DNA of 64,000 nucleotides from the NCBI RefSeq assembly GCF_009914755.1, contig NC_060936.1, one strand, 5' to 3'. Made by a program: the position numbers and the translations under genes. The notes under the pieces are model-generated. The model ran no database searches, was not told the DNA's origin, and saw only the letters and a program-made list of their open reading frames with translations. Source of the DNA: the human T2T-CHM13v2.0 reference genome, Homo sapiens. Shown in pieces: positions 12,035 to 27,184 of the stretch (position 1 is its first letter; the number at the start of each line of letters is the position of its first letter).

Positions 12035-13205
12035 TGTGACAGTGATTTTTTTCTCAGCTCCATGCCTACCCTTCAATGTTTGTTTGTTTTAAACTGGAAT
12101 CTCATGAGATTCTAGCAGAAGCGATCCACAGATCACTGCTCTGTTATGTAGGGACTGGAAGGGGGACACTCACTTGATATCTGGGTTATTTTTATATTTC
12201 TTTAGTAAGAAGTATTAGAGGGAGATTTGTTGGCAGGCAAAGCTGTTAAGAAACTCTCATTCTGTGTGCTGCTTCAGGAAGAGCAGATATCTGCAGTGCC
12301 AGGCTTTGGAAGGCATTACCATACACTCTGTGTCTCCTCGGAGGTCCGGATACTAACAATCCTTGGTGAACAAGTCACCAGGAGTTCTGGAATTCTCTCA
12401 GCTGTCTAAGTACCAGTTGTGTTGTGATGCCTTCTTTGAGCTGCTAAGTCCCAAGTCACACTTATTACCATTTTTAATTTTTATTTTTATTGATGCATAA
12501 TAGCTGTACATATTTTTGTGGTACATGTAATATTTTGATACAAGCATACAATGGCTAGTGATCAAATCATGGTAATTAGGATATCCATAACCTCAAATAC
12601 TTCTTTTTTATGTTGAGTCCATTCAAATTCTTCTAGCTATTTTGAAATCTATAATAAATTACTGTTAACTGCAGTTACCCTACTGTACTATTGGACAGTA
12701 TGTCCTATTTCCTATATTCAACTGTATTTTTGTAGCCACTAATCAAACTCTCTTTATCCTTCCCTCTGTCTTATTTTTCCCAGCCTCTCATAACCACCAA
12801 TCTATTCTCTAGCTTTATGAGATCCATTTTATTAGTTCCCATATATTAGTCAGAACATGTGATATTTGTGTTTCTGTGCCTGGCTTATTTCACTTAATAT
12901 AATGACCTTAATTTTCATCTATGCTGCTGCAAATGACAGGATTGCATTCTTTTATGGCTAAATAATATTCCGTTGTGTATATATACCACATTTTCTGTAT
13001 CCATTCATCATTCGTCCATTGATAGACACTTAGGTTGAGTATTATCTTTTATTTCCTTAGTCTTACAAAGGGTGCTGCTTCTATCACTCACTAGTTTCTG
13101 GCCTTCCTAATTATCCTGAAGGTTTCCAACATTTGGCTAAACAATTCCCTGTCTGTAACACCAAGTATGGCTTCTGCTTCATTGTACTAGGACTTTACTA
13201 ATACA
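12035..13205 (+). mobile_element. ERVL-type solo LTR (LTR33-like), split by an L1MA 3' end
   Basis: Start TGTGACAG...TCTCAGCTCCATGCCTACCCTTC and end ...AATTCCCTGTCTG...GGACTTTACTAATACA resemble recalled LTR33 termini. Confidence 0.55.
12471..13038 (-). mobile_element. L1MA-type 3' end (5'-truncated)
   Basis: T-rich tail followed by typical L1MA 3' UTR antisense text (TGTGCCTGGCTTATTTCACTTAA...GCTGCAAATGACAGGATT). Confidence 0.85.
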
Positions 13206-13484
13206 GAGGGGACAAGGTTTTCTAAAAAATTTCTCATTATATAATTTATTAAAGGTATGTGTGTGCATACCACTCCATGTAAACACACAAAACTATTCTT
13301 AAAATATTAAATCTGGATGATGAGATTCTGAGAGAATTATCATTATTTTATTTCTCAATACTTGCTGAATTTTCTACAGATGGCTACCTCACCAAATAAT
13401 CAGGAAAAAATGAAAATGGTGATAAGTCATATTAGGTGTTAGAAATCAAAATGTATATTCTTTCTGGAGGCCTGGACATTCGAA

Positions 13485-13670
13485 GTCATTATTTACAAAA
13501 TATGTTCTGTGGATCACTTCTGCTAGAATCACTTGGGATGTCAGTTAAAAAAAAAAAAATCTTGGGTTTCTCTACAGAGCCAGTGTCTTTGGATTAATGC
13601 CAATAATCTGAATTTAACAAGTGCTCTGAGTGATTCTTACAAATAAATATTGAATTTGAAATCTACCTCC
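13485..13670. mobile_element. MER5-like hAT-Charlie DNA transposon remnant
   Basis: AGAATCACTTGGGA...TTAAAA...AATCTG.ATTTAACAAG...GTGATTCTTA pattern. Confidence 0.55.
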
Positions 13671-13890
13671 CTAGGGTTGCCCAATTCTTGCTGGTAAGCA
13701 AATACTAAGTTATACTAAGAAAGCCCATCTAACTGTGGACCTGATATTTTAACCTACCTCCATTTAAGCCATCTTTTATTTTATCGGAAATTCTTTACTT
13801 TTGAAAAACCCACTGTATAATATACACATCAAATAGATTGCTGTCATATAGGACACTATTCTTTAGTAACACCCTGCATTTTCCTCCAAC

Positions 13891-14660
<770 letters not shown>

Positions 14661-14987
14661 AGGCCAAATATGTACATAGACTTGAGAGCATCAGATAAGA
14701 AGTTTGGTAATATTTTTAGAGTGATTTTAGTATTGATCAGAGTCCCCTGGGCAGCTTTAGAGAATCTTTGTCTGATTTGGATATGGGATAGATTGATAAA
14801 TCAATTTTGGCCTAGATTAGGCATATTGAGAGTAGTGACAGTATCATATTTTAAGAAATATTTTACTGTATTTTAGAAGTAAATTGCATGACTGTTGGGA
14901 GAACAGCAATCACTGTGAGACTTTTTCATAATTTCTCTAACCTATTCCAAGAATAGAAACCCAGCATCCTAAAAACGCAGGAGCTCT

Positions 14988-15104
14988 CTTTTTTTTTTTT
15001 TTTTTTTTTTTTTTGAGATGGAGTCTCACTCTGTAGCCCAGGCTGGAGTGCAGTGGTGCAATCTCGGCTCACTGCAAGCTCTGCCTCCCAGGTTCATGCC
15101 ATTC
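14988..15104 (-). mobile_element. 5'-truncated AluY-like right arm with TSD
   Basis: Poly-T plus GAGATGGAGTCTCACTCTG...GCAAGCTCTGCCTCCCAGGTTCATGCCATTC. Flanks AAACGCAGGAGCTCT (14973-14987) and AAATGCAGGAGTTCT (15105-15119). Confidence 0.9.
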
Positions 15105-16790
15105 AAATGCAGGAGTTCTTATAGATCAACATTCAACTCAATACAAATTGCTTCTTTTATTCCTTATGAGACAATACTGTTTAAAGATTTCATTGTCGGG
15201 CATTTCAATGCCTCATAATGCACATCATGCTAGATTTTTCAAAACATTAGAAACTGAAGGTTTAACTTTGATTTTTAATCTTTTACAAATTAGGCTCTGA
15301 ATTTGAGTTAAAAGGCAAAAACATGGCCATTTAAACAATTTTCTTACTAACTCTGTCTCTTTCTCTTTATATATACTAATATTGTATAAAATATTTGTGT
15401 TTCAGAGTTTAAAATGAATAGAATATTGGCGACTTTGATTAATTTGTAGAAATTGTACACTTACTAGTGGGATTTTTGTATTAGAAAGCATCTGTTCAAA
15501 AGAAAGAAATAGATAGTTTCTAGTCAAGATTGACAGGATTCAATTTTTACTAATGGCAAGATGTCATTAAAACCTATATAAAGAACTATAATAAGAAGAA
15601 AATTCCAGTTGCATCAGGAATATTTTGGGAATGCAGTGAATTAGTTTTGATTTTTGTTTTGAGTGTGTTTTGCACAGTTCACCAAAATGGGACCTTCTAA
15701 ATGTTTAGGCTAGAATATATGATCCTGTATGGATAGTGGCAGGAAGAATCCCAGGAACACAATGATAAGAGGGAAAAGAAAAATACATGAAAGCAAAGCC
15801 CTTATTGAAAGAAGCTGGAAAAGGAGGAGAGTGGACAGGGATGACGATATTTTGAAGACAGAAACATTGATGAAAAAGTGCCAACTTTACAATAAATTTT
15901 TAAGCTTTGAATAAAAGCAGGTTAAAAAAAGGAATGAAAATGGTGCTTCGATTAAACTATCTTAACATAACAACTTTACTAAGAAAGGCTACAGATGAAA
16001 TAAGTCAAAAAATAGATCTTATATATATTTACGTATATTATATATTTATATATGTGTTTATATGTATGTATTGCAATATATAACATGAAATATTTTTATA
16101 TTTAACATATACAAGATAACTGAGACCCAAATGTAATTCTTAAAAATTCTTTGTAATCTTGCTGAATAGGTATAATTACCAGCACCACTGAGGCTTACAT
16201 TTTATTTCCAAAACAGCCTTAATTTAAATTGAACATACCATTCCTTCTTTCATATCAATTGAAAATATCTATTATGCCTTCCAGCTATGATAGGACAATG
16301 AAAATTAATGCATGCGGGAATAGCCTTGATGTCCTGTAAACCCCTATAGCATGCTTAGATTGAAAAAAATAATGGATAAATTTACATTTTGAATGTTTTG
16401 AATTGCCTTTGTGTTCAATATATTTTATTACACTCTGAGTATAAAATTGATAACCTGTGTATAATATGTACTAATTTTCTGTTGACTAAATTATATTGAG
16501 CAGAACATACGATTTCCCAAATATGCTTCTAAGCATCAGAGATTGCAGTATTTGTTTAATATCACCTGGGTTTTGTTCTATTCAATTGTATATAAAGGAA
16601 GGGAAAAGCAATTTTTCTTTAAAATGAAAGGGTATTATAGTTCAATTGTCAACAAATATAACCAAAATTATACATTCAAATAAGTATTGTCCTCTTCAAA
16701 ACTTAGTGAGGAAGGCACAAAGAATGAGGTTGGGTATTATTATTTGCAGTTATTATATTAATCTAGCTAAGGCTTCAAATAGAAATATTT

Positions 16791-17086
16791 TTCTTCCTTT
16801 TTTTTTTTGAGGTAAAGCCTTTCTCTGTTGCACAGGCTGGAGTGCAATGATGTGATTAATGCTTACTGCAGCTTCATCCTCTCAAGCTCAAGAGATCCTA
16901 CCACCTCAGCCTCCTAAGTAGCCAGGACTACAGGCATGCACCATCATGCCTGGCTAATTGTTTCTGGTAGATACGGAGTCTCACTATGTTGCCTAGGCTG
17001 TTCATGAACTCCTGGGCTTAAGCAATCCTCCTGCCTCAGTCTCCCAAAGTGCTGGGATTACAAGCATGAGCCACCATGCCTGGCCT
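16791..17086 (-). mobile_element. Alu (AluJ-like)
   Basis: Diverged antisense Alu dimer ending CCACCATGCCTGGCC. Confidence 0.92.
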
Positions 17087-17479
17087 GGAATTATTTATAA
17101 AGTTTAAATATATTTTAAGTATAAGCAATAGCAAACAATCTCTATGCCTTGGTATTGAACTTAATTTTCAAAAACTAAACATCATTATTTTCTAAACCTG
17201 ATAAAAGAATGGTTACTCAAGGTGGTTTACAATTTGTCAAAATGAGGAATATTTATAAGATTATGAGATAAGAGTTTCTCATTAAGTTGTAAATTTTTCT
17301 AGAAACATAAAACTGTTTTGAGATATAGTTGCATACATTAAGATATGTTTATTAAAATCAATTTGCTATTTGATAGTCTTTATAAGGTATTAGAATGTGT
17401 TAATTGACTGATTTGTTATTAACTCAAAGGAAGATTATCTATTTAATATCTTAATTTTTTGTTTTCCTTTTTTTCTTTC

Positions 17480-18990
17480 ACTGCCTTTGTAATTCAAAAA
17501 TATTAATTGGACACCTATGATAGTTCAGGCACTCTTCTAGTGCTCAATTAATAATAGTTAATAGAAAGATAGTGCAGGAATGAGGTGAGAAGTTGGATTT
17601 TGAATATATTTTGATGGTAGTGACAACAGGATTTACCACCAGCTAGGATGTGGACTTAATAAAAGAAATGTTTACAATTACTGTTAGGTTATAAGTCTGA
17701 GCACCTTCAAGGAAGTTTGCAGCAGCCAAGATGGTAAAGACTGAGGAAGAGTGTGTTGTAGAGAAAGATTATAAGCTTTTTATTTTTTTGTATGAATGTC
17801 AAATATATTGTTCCTTGACCCCAAGGAGGTCAATCAACTGTTATGTGATGTTTCTTATTGTTCCTTTATTTCCCATTTCTAATCTTCATTCTGGTAACAT
17901 TGTTTTATTGCTCATTTTAGGGGTTGAATTTATTCCCAGTAGTCTAATTTTTTTTTCTACTTGATACACGACTTCTCAGATTCACTGACTAATCTCACTG
18001 CATTTCTCTTTTGCAAAATCCTATTTTTGAGTCAGTGAGTGTAAAATCTTCTATGTGCTACAATCATGTAATAATTATCTGATAAAGAATGAAACTCTAT
18101 TTCTAGATGACTAGTTTGAGAGTATGAGTTCTGTTGAGATCGTCTTACTTTTTTGTTGCGGAACTCAGTCAACTCTGAATCAAAGTTGCAAAAAGGATTT
18201 GGATCCCTACAGAGAATCAAAAAGTAACAATTTTCTTGGACTCTTACCCTTAGTTGTCAGTAAAATTCTTGTAATTCTAGACTGGTGTCTGAGAATAGGA
18301 ATTAATGCGTGGTTGATTTCAAACTAGGAAGCTTTATAGCTTTACTTGTAAAATGGCTATGGCCACATGGATCAAAGCTTGGTTTATGAACCTCAAGGCA
18401 AACCATATAGAGAGTCTTTCTGCTGTTATTAACACTGCCATTGAAATAAAATGATATCACCCACTTTCGTGTATTAACTATAGCTACAGAAATGAGTGGA
18501 GGCATTTATTCCACTCACATATACAGGATGTGTATAGGATCTGCCTTTCACTAAATAGACTATGAAGGGTACTTTTGGTTTCATCGGCAGTGTCAACAAC
18601 AACTGCAGAAACATCCAGTATTTAATGTGTTGTAATACTGTGCTAGGTGGTACACAGAATTGCATAAGCATGGTTGTTATCCTCTCAGAGCTTAAAGCAA
18701 AATTTACTAAAATGCTCAAGAAAGTTATCTGTAACAGTGACTACGATCAAATAAAGCTATAAGGAATTTCATGAAGAATATCAAAGGTGATATTCATTCA
18801 TTATTTTTATAAAAATGCATTCATTGTGTTTATCATACAAGAGCAAAGTGAGCCAAGCTCAGTGGATAGAACAATGAAAAACACAGACCTGTTTCATCCC
18901 ATCTTGGTAAGTCCAGATTAGTTAAGGGAAAAATAATATTGAGGAAACATTTGCAATAGAGTATATTAAGAGCCATGAGAGCAGGAAGAA
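17480..18990 (-). mobile_element. Scattered L2 3'-end fragments (about 17480-17760, 18610-18700, 18790-18990)
   Basis: ATTCATTCATT...GGCACT...CTAG.TGCT and TTGGATTTTGAATATATTTTGA.GGTAG patterns; highly decayed. Confidence 0.45.
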
Positions 18991-19472
18991 TGAGCATCCC
19001 CCTTATAGAACTATAGATTTTTTGAGTCCGTGAAGTTACAATGTTGCTTAGAGAAACAACACTGGAAATAATAATAAGTCAACTACTTTTATTTATTTAT
19101 TTGTTGTATTTTTTAAATTTTTATTTCAATAGGTTTTTGGGGAACAGGTCATGTTTGGTTACATAAATAAGTGGTGATTTCTGAGATTTTGATGCACCCA
19201 TCACCCAAGCAGTGTACACTATATCCAATGTGTAGTCTTTTTTCCTTCACCACCCCCTCACCCTTTCCCCTAAGGCCCCAAAGTCCATTGTATCATTCTT
19301 ATGCATTTGGGTTCTCATAGCTTCGCCACCAATTATACGTGAGAACATACAATGATTGTTTTTTTATTCCCGAGTTGCTTCACTTAGAATAATAGTCTCC
19401 AATTCCATCCAGGTTGCTGCAAATGCCATTATATCATTACTTTTTATGGGTGAGTAGTATTCCATGATATAG

Positions 19473-19530
<58 letters not shown>

Positions 19531-19582
19531 GTGTGTGTATATATGTGTGTGTGTGTGTATGTGTGTATACACATATATATAT
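19473..19582. repeat. Compound (TG)n(TA)n(CA)n microsatellite in the L1 3' UTR
   Basis: Read directly from the sequence. Confidence 0.95.
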
Positions 19583-20178
19583 GTCTCCCCTACATATTTT
19601 TATCCTCTCATTGGTTAATGAGCATTTGGGCTAGTTTCATATTTTTGCAATTGGAAATTGTGCTGCTATAAACATGCATATGGAAGTATCTTTTTCATAA
19701 AATGACTTATTTTTCTCTGGGTAGATACTAGTAGTGAGATTGCTGGATTAAATGGTAGATCTACTTTTAGTTCTTTAAGGAATCTCCACACTGTTTTCTG
19801 TAATGGTTGTACTAGTTTACATTTCCACTGACAGTGTATAAGTATTCCCTTTTCACCACATCCATCCACATCAACATCTATTATTTTTTGATTTTTTTAT
19901 TATGGCCATTCTTGCAGGAATAAGGTAGTATTCCATTGTGGTTTTGATTTGCATTTCCCTGATAATTAGTGATGTTCAGCATTTTTTTATATGCTTCTTG
20001 GCCATTTGTACATCTTCTTATGAGAATTGTCTATTCATGTCCTTAGCCCACTTTTTGATGGGATTGTTTTTTTCTTGCTGATTTGTTTGAGCTCTTTGTA
20101 GATACTTCATATTAGTTCTTTGTTGGATGTACAGGTTGTGACGATTTTCTTCCACTCTATGGGTTGTCAACTCTGCTG

Positions 20179-20220
<42 letters not shown>
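20179..20220. repeat. (ATT)n trinucleotide repeat within L1 ORF2
   Basis: About 14 ATT units; gives the poly-Ile in the spurious ORF at 20164. Confidence 0.95.
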
Positions 20221-23200
20221 TTTGCTGTGCAGAAGCCTTTTAGTTTAATTAAGCCCCATCTATTTATCTTTGTTTTTATTGCATTTGCTTTTCAGTTCTT
20301 GGTCATGAAGTCTTTGCCTCAGCCAATGTCTAGAAGGGTTTTTACAATGTTATCTTCTAGAATCTTTATGGTTTCAGGTCTTAGATTTAAATCCTTGATC
20401 CATCTTGAGTTGATTTTTGTATAAGGTGTTTGATTTTTGTGCAAGGTGAGAGATGAGAATCCAGTTTCATCCTTCTGCACGTGGCTTGCCAATTATCCCA
20501 CCACCATTGTTAAATAGGGTGTTCTTCCTTCACTTTATGCTTTTGTTGTCTTCATCGAAGATCAGTTGGCTGAAAGTATTTGGGTTTATTTTTGGATTCT
20601 CTATTCTGTTCCATTGATCTATGAGCCTATTTTTATACCAATACCATGCTGTTTTGGTGACTATGGCCTTGTAGTGTAGTTTGAAGTCAGGTAATGTGAT
20701 GTTTCCAGATTTGTTCTTTTTGCTTAGTCTTGCTTTGGCTATGTGGGCTCTTTTTTGGTTCCATATGAATTTTAGGATTGTTTTCTCTAGGTCTGTGAAG
20801 AATGATGGTAGTATTTTGATGGAAATTGCACTGAATTTGTAGATTGCTTTTGGCAGTATGGTCATTTTCACGATATTGGTCCTACTCATCCATGAGCATG
20901 GAATGTGTTTCCATTTGTTTCTGTCAAATACAATTTCTTTCAGTAGTGTTTTGTAGTTTTCCTTGTTTCCTTGTAGAGGTCTTTTTTCTCCTTGGTTAGG
21001 TATATTCCAAGTACTTTATTGTATTATTATTTTTACATCTATTGTGAAAGGGGTTGAGTTCTTGATTTGATTCTCAGCTTGGTTACTGTTGGTGTATAGC
21101 AGAGCTACTCATTTGTGTACATTATTTTGTATCCTGAAACTTTGCTGAATTCATTTACCAGTTTTAGGAGCTTTTTGGATGAACCTTTAGAGTTTTCTAG
21201 GTATACGATCATATCAACAGGAAACAGTGACACTTTTACTTCCTCTTTACCAATTTAGATACCCTTGATTTCTTTTTCTTGTCTGATTGGTATGGCTAGG
21301 ACTTCCAATACTATGTTGAATAGAAGTGGTGAAAGTGGGCATTCTTGTCTTGTTCCAGTTGTCAGGGGTAAGGCTTTCAACTTTTCCCAATTCAGTTTAA
21401 TGTTGGCTGTGTGTTTATCGTAAATGGCTTTTATTACCTCAAGTTATATCTCTTCTATGCCAATTTTGCTGGGTGTTTTAACCATAAAGCAATGCTGGAT
21501 TTTGTCAAGTGCTTTTCCTGCATCTATTGAGATGATCATGTGATTTTTGTTTTTAATTCTGTTATGTGGTATATTACGTTTATTGACATGCATATGTTAA
21601 ACCATCCATGCATCCTTGAGTGAAACCCACTTGATCATGGTGGATTATCATTTTGAAATGCTGTTGGATTTGGTTAGCTAGAATTATGTTCAGGATTTTT
21701 GCATGTATGTTCATTAGGGATATTGGTCTGTGGTTTTCTTTTTTTGTTATATACTTTCCTGGTTCTGGTATTAGGGTGATACTGGCTTCATAGAATGATT
21801 TAGGGAGTATTCACTCTTTTTTTATCTTTTGGAATAGTGTCAATAAGATTGGTACCAATTCTTCTTTGAATGTCTGATCTACTTCAGCTATGAATCCATC
21901 TGGTCCTGGGCTTTTTTTTGTTGTTGGCAATTTTTTTTTATTACCATTTCAATCTCACTGCTTGGTATTGCTCTGTTTAGAGTTTCTATATATTCCTGGT
22001 TAAATCTAGGAGGGTTGTATATTCCCAGTAACTTATCCATCTGCCCCAGGTTTTCTAGTTTATGTGCATAAATGTGTTTAGAGTAGCCTTGAATAATCTT
22101 TTATATTTCTGTGGTATCAGTAGTAATATTTCTCATTTTGTTTCTAACTGAGCTTATTTAGATCTTCTCTCATCTTTTCTTGGTTAATCTTGCTAGTGGT
22201 CTATCAATTTTATTTATTTTTCAAAGAGTCAGCTTTTGTTTTCATTTATCTTTTTTGTTTGTCTGTTTCAATTTCAGTAAGTTCTGCTCTGATCTTCATT
22301 ATATATTTTCTTCTGCTGGGTTTGGGTTTGGATTGTTTTTGTTTCTCCAGTTCCTTGAGGTGTGACCTTAGATTGTCTATTTGTGCTCTTCCAGACTTTT
22401 TGATTTAGGTATTTATGCAATGAACTTTCTTCTTAATGCCACTTTTGCAGTATCACAGAGGTTTTGATAGGTTGTGTCACTAGGATCATTCAGTTTAAAG
22501 AATTTTTAAATTTCCATCTTGATTTCATTGTTGACCCAACAATCATTCAGAAGCGAGTTATTTAGTTTCCATGTATGTGCATGGTTTTTAAGAGTTCCTT
22601 TTGGTGTTGATTTCCTCCCCTACAGTCTAAGAGTACTTGATATAGTTTAGGTTTTCTTACATTTACTGAGACTTGTTTTGTGCTCTATTATATGGTCTGT
22701 CTTGGAGAATGTTCCATGTGCTGATGAATAGAATGTATATTCTGCAGTTGTTGAAGAGAATGTTCTATAAATATCTGTTAAGTCCATTTGTTCTAGGGTA
22801 TAACTTAAGTCAATTGTTTCTTTGTTGGTTTTCTGTCTTGTCAACCTGCCTAGTACTGTCAGTGGAGAATTAACATCCCCTGCAATTATTGTGTTGCCAT
22901 CTATCTCATTTCTTAGGTCTTGTATTAATTGTTTCATACATTTGGGAGCTCCAGTGTTAGGTGAATACATATTTAAGATTGTGATATTGTCCTGTTGGAC
23001 TAGTCCATTTATTGTTACACAGTGTTCCTCTTTGTCTTCATTAACTGCTGTTGCTTTTAAGTTTGTTTTGTCTGATATAGTAATAGCTACTCCTGCTCAC
23101 TTTAGCTGTCTATTTGCATGGAATATCTTTTTCTACCCCTTTACCTTGAATGTATGTTAGTCCTCATGTTTTAGGTGAGTCTCCTGAAGACAGCAGAAAC

Positions 23201-26200
23201 TTGGTTGGTGAATTCTTAATCAATTCTGCCATTCTGTATCTTTTAAGTGAAGCATTTAGGTCATTTACATTCAATGTTGGTATTGAGATGTGAGGTACTA
23301 TTCAATTCATTGTGCTATTTGTTGCCTAAATACCTCTTTTTTAAATTGTGTTATTGTTATATAGGTCCCGTGAGATTCATGCTTTAAGGAGGTTCTATTT
23401 TGGTGTATTTCAATGATTTGTTTCAAGGTGTAGTGCTCCTTTTAGCAGTTCTTGTAGTGCTGGCTTGGTAGTGGCCAATTTTCTCAGCATTTGTTTCTCT
23501 GGAAAAGACTATATCTTTCCTTCATTTATGATGCTTAGTTTCGCTGGATACAAAATTCTTGGCTGATAATTGTTTTCCTTAAGGAGGCTAAAAATAGGAC
23601 CCCAATCTCTTCCAGCTTGTAGGGTTTCTGCTGAGATATCTGCTATTACTTTGATAGATTTTCCTTCATAACCTACCTGATACTTTTGACTCACAGCTCT
23701 TAATATTCTTCCCTTTGTCTTGAGTTTAAATAATCTGATGACTAGGTGTTAATTTTTTTGCAATGGATTTATCATGTGCTCTTTGAGTTTCTTGTATTTG
23801 GATGTATAGATCTCTAGCAAGGCTGAGGAAGTTTTCTTTGATTGTCCCCTTAAATATGTTTTCCAAACTTTTAGATTTCTCTTATTTTGCAGGAACATTA
23901 ATTATTGTTAGGTTTGGGCACTTATAAGAGTCCCAAACTTCTTAGAGACTTTGTTCATTTTTTAAATTCTTTTTTCTTTGTTTTTGACTGATTAAGTTAA
24001 TTCAAAAGCCTTGTCTTCAAGCTCTGAAATTCTTTCTTCGGCTTGTTTGATTCTATTGCTGAGACTTTCCAGTGCATTTGGCATTGCTGTAAGTGTGTCC
24101 TTGATATCCAGAAGTTGTAATTTTTTTTTCATGCCCTCTATTTCACTGAAGAACTTTCCTTTCACATTCTGTATCATGGTTTCAATTTCTTTAAGTTGGA
24201 CCTCACCTGCTTCCTTGATTAGCTAATATCAACCTTCTGAATTCTTTTTCTGGCAATTCAGAGATTTCCTCTCAGTTTGGATCCATTGCTGGTGAGCTAG
24301 TGTGATCTTTCGAGGGTGTTAAAGAACTTTGTTTTGTCATTTTACCAGAATTATTTTTCTGGTTCCTTCTCATTTGGGTAGACTTGTCAGATGGAAAATC
24401 TGGGGCTCAAGGGCTGCTTTTCAGATTCTTTTGTCCCATAGGGTGCTCCCCTGATGAGATGTTTTCCTCCTTCCCATAGGAATGGGGCTTCCTCAGAGCT
24501 AAGCTGCAGTGACTATTTTTGCTCTTCTGTGGCTAACCACCCAGTGGAGCTACTGGGCTCTGGTACTAGAGAGTATCAGCAGAGTCCTGTGATGTTATTC
24601 GTCTTCAGGTCTTTCAGCTATGGATACCAGCACTTGCTCTGGCGGAGGTAGCAGGGGAGTGAAGTGGACTGTGTTAGGGTCCTTGGTTGTATTTTTCTTT
24701 AGTGTGCTGGTTTTGTGTTGGTTGGCCTCCAGTGAGGAGGTGGTGCTTTCAAGAGTGTATCAGCTGCAGTACTGTAGGGAGGAAGCAAACTTGCCCTAGG
24801 GTTGCCTGGTGAAGTGTTCAGATTTCTCAGGTGGTGGGCAGAGCTATAGAACTCCCAAGAGATTATGTCATTTGTCTTTGGCAACCAGGGCAGGTAACAA
24901 AAGACCACCAAATTGGGAATAGGTGTGTCTGAGCTCTGACTCTCCTTGGGCAGGGCTTACTGCAGCTGCTATGGGGAGTGGGGGTGTAGGTATCAGGCCA
25001 ATGGAGTAGGGGTGTAGTTCTCAGGCCAATGGGGATTATAACTGCCTCTGCTGAGTCGTACAGGTCACCAGAAAGTTGGAGAAAGCTGGCAGTCACAGGC
25101 CTTATCCTGCTCCCATGCAGCCAGCAGTCCTAGAGGCTGGTCTTGCTCCCACTGTGCCCCCTGCCAACAGCACAGAGTCTATTTCCAGGCAGCCAGTGAC
25201 CAGGGCTGAGGACTTGCCCCAGACCACCAGCCTCCACACTGAGAAAGCAAGCAGACTCACAGTTTTCCACTATCTCAGGGAGTCAGCAGAAAGCTGAGTC
25301 TGTGAACTCTCTCAGCTTTCTTAGTATGTTGCTGTGGTAGTTCTTGGAGCGAAAGTTCATGACGTGAGTCTCCACATGCTGCTCTGTCTGTCTGAAAGGG
25401 AGCTGCTGCTAGTCCAACCTGCTATCTGCCATCTTGCCCAAATCAACTACTTTTAAAAAATGATCTTAATTCAAATATCCTGTTCTCTTGAACTTCTATC
25501 CTACCATAGTAAGGTCATAGACAGAAAGAATGTCAGCTTATGCCCTGGCTCCACCAAGAATTTCTATTCTAATGATCGCATTATGAGAAAGTTTGGAAAG
25601 CTCAGAATCAAATTAGGGCAGTGAGGGCAGCAGCACCTGACATTCACTGGGCTTCAAGATAATGGTTTTATTTCAAAGTATGAATGTATCTCAATAATTT
25701 AACAACTAATATGACCACAACAGTGCCTACTGGCTAAATATTAGCTCCATGATGCCAAGCATCTTGCCCATTGAAACGAGGTCTTTATTCCTCTGTTAAT
25801 CTTTCACTGGTTATTAGCTTTTGTAAACATCTAAAAACAATGTAGGCACAATGGCATGCGATTGCAAAGCAAAACTGCAAATCTTATAACAAAAGTGTAG
25901 GATTTCTTAAAATTGTTGAAAATTATGTTGAAGAGCTACATCAATCCCTGACAATAATTAAATACATCAATCACCAGTTACTAATAATAAATGCAGTTAA
26001 ATGAAGTTAGCATATATTAATGTAATTACGTACTAAAAAACACTACTGCACTTTTCATTGGTAACTAAGTAAATAAATAAATAAGCAAGAATTAAATTTG
26101 GGTTCATCAAAGAGCTTATTTGACAAACAAAGGATAAGACAGGTGTTAGGGAAAACTGACAAGCACTTGATTTCTCTTTATGATCATGCTGTAAATATTA

Positions 26201-27184
26201 GAGTATCTTTATAATTATGATATCTTTATAATTATGCTTCAAAATTATATTATCTTTATTATATTAAATATATAATTTTAGATATAAAGTCAAAGCTAAT
26301 TTCCTTATTTATTTCATTGTTCATTTTAATAAAAGGATTTTAGTTACACATATAAGCTAAATTTTAAGTATCAGACAAAATAGATATACATGCATGGTTT
26401 TAAGCTTCATTTTTCAAGATAAATTTCTGGTGAAAACATTTGTCAATATTTCCTATAATTTTAAAAATTTCAAGTACATTTAAATGGTCATAGAGTTTAT
26501 TATTAGACTCTGCAAAGGGAACCAAACCAGGCTTGGGAATGGTTGGGGAACACTTCCCAGAAGTTGTAGGGTCTGGAAGCTGAAGAATGAATTTCGGAAT
26601 TAGTCACATATAAGGCAAATGCCGCATTTCTTCTTTTATTGGCTATCTTCTTTTAATATATTTGTGTATATTCTCTGCAACTCTTTGTTGGTTGTTTCCC
26701 TCACCTATCAACTATGGACCTCACACATATTCACTGTTCAGCAGGTCTGAAACTCCAAGATTAAAACTCTCTTCTCTGTCATGGTATTACCTCTGTAAGT
26801 CACTAATAGTAGGTGCTAAATTTGTGGTAGGCTGCAACTCCATTTGCATTCTTGCATTTAACTTTCTTTAAGCATACCAACGAGATCATACTGGTATATT
26901 AGTGTTACAGGAATCCACGCATGTGGTAGATGGGGACATGAGAAACACTTCCACTATCTCAGGCTACGTAGGATCTCTTCTTATAACCAGAGAGAAAGAT
27001 CGGGCATGCTAATCAGTTACTGGCAGGCAAAGATGACAGTTAAATGTTAACTCATCTTAGCTGCAGTGGAATATATGACACTATTTTGAGAAACAATGTG
27101 GGGGATAATATGTTGTTTCTTTAGTACTATAGATTCAATTACACTTTTAGTCCATCTGAATTTGTGAGCTTCCAGTGTATTTTG

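Larger units (their letters stand above)
19091..25439 (-). mobile_element. Full-length (~6.35 kb) L1PB-type (L1PB1-like) LINE-1, inactive
   Basis: L1PB-type 3' end; ORF2 peptides ([17 protein letters not shown]...AWYWYKNR; YSPNTGAP...IIAGDVNSPL); ORF1 (ADISAETLQAGRDW...YPAKLS); 5' end GCCATCTTG. TSD AAGTCAACTACTTTT (19076-19090) / AAATCAACTACTTTT (25440-25454). Confidence 0.93.

Noticed and set aside
20164-24226. ORFs of 60-119 aa in this interval
   Set aside because: Fragments or antisense frames of the dead L1PB ORF1/ORF2.
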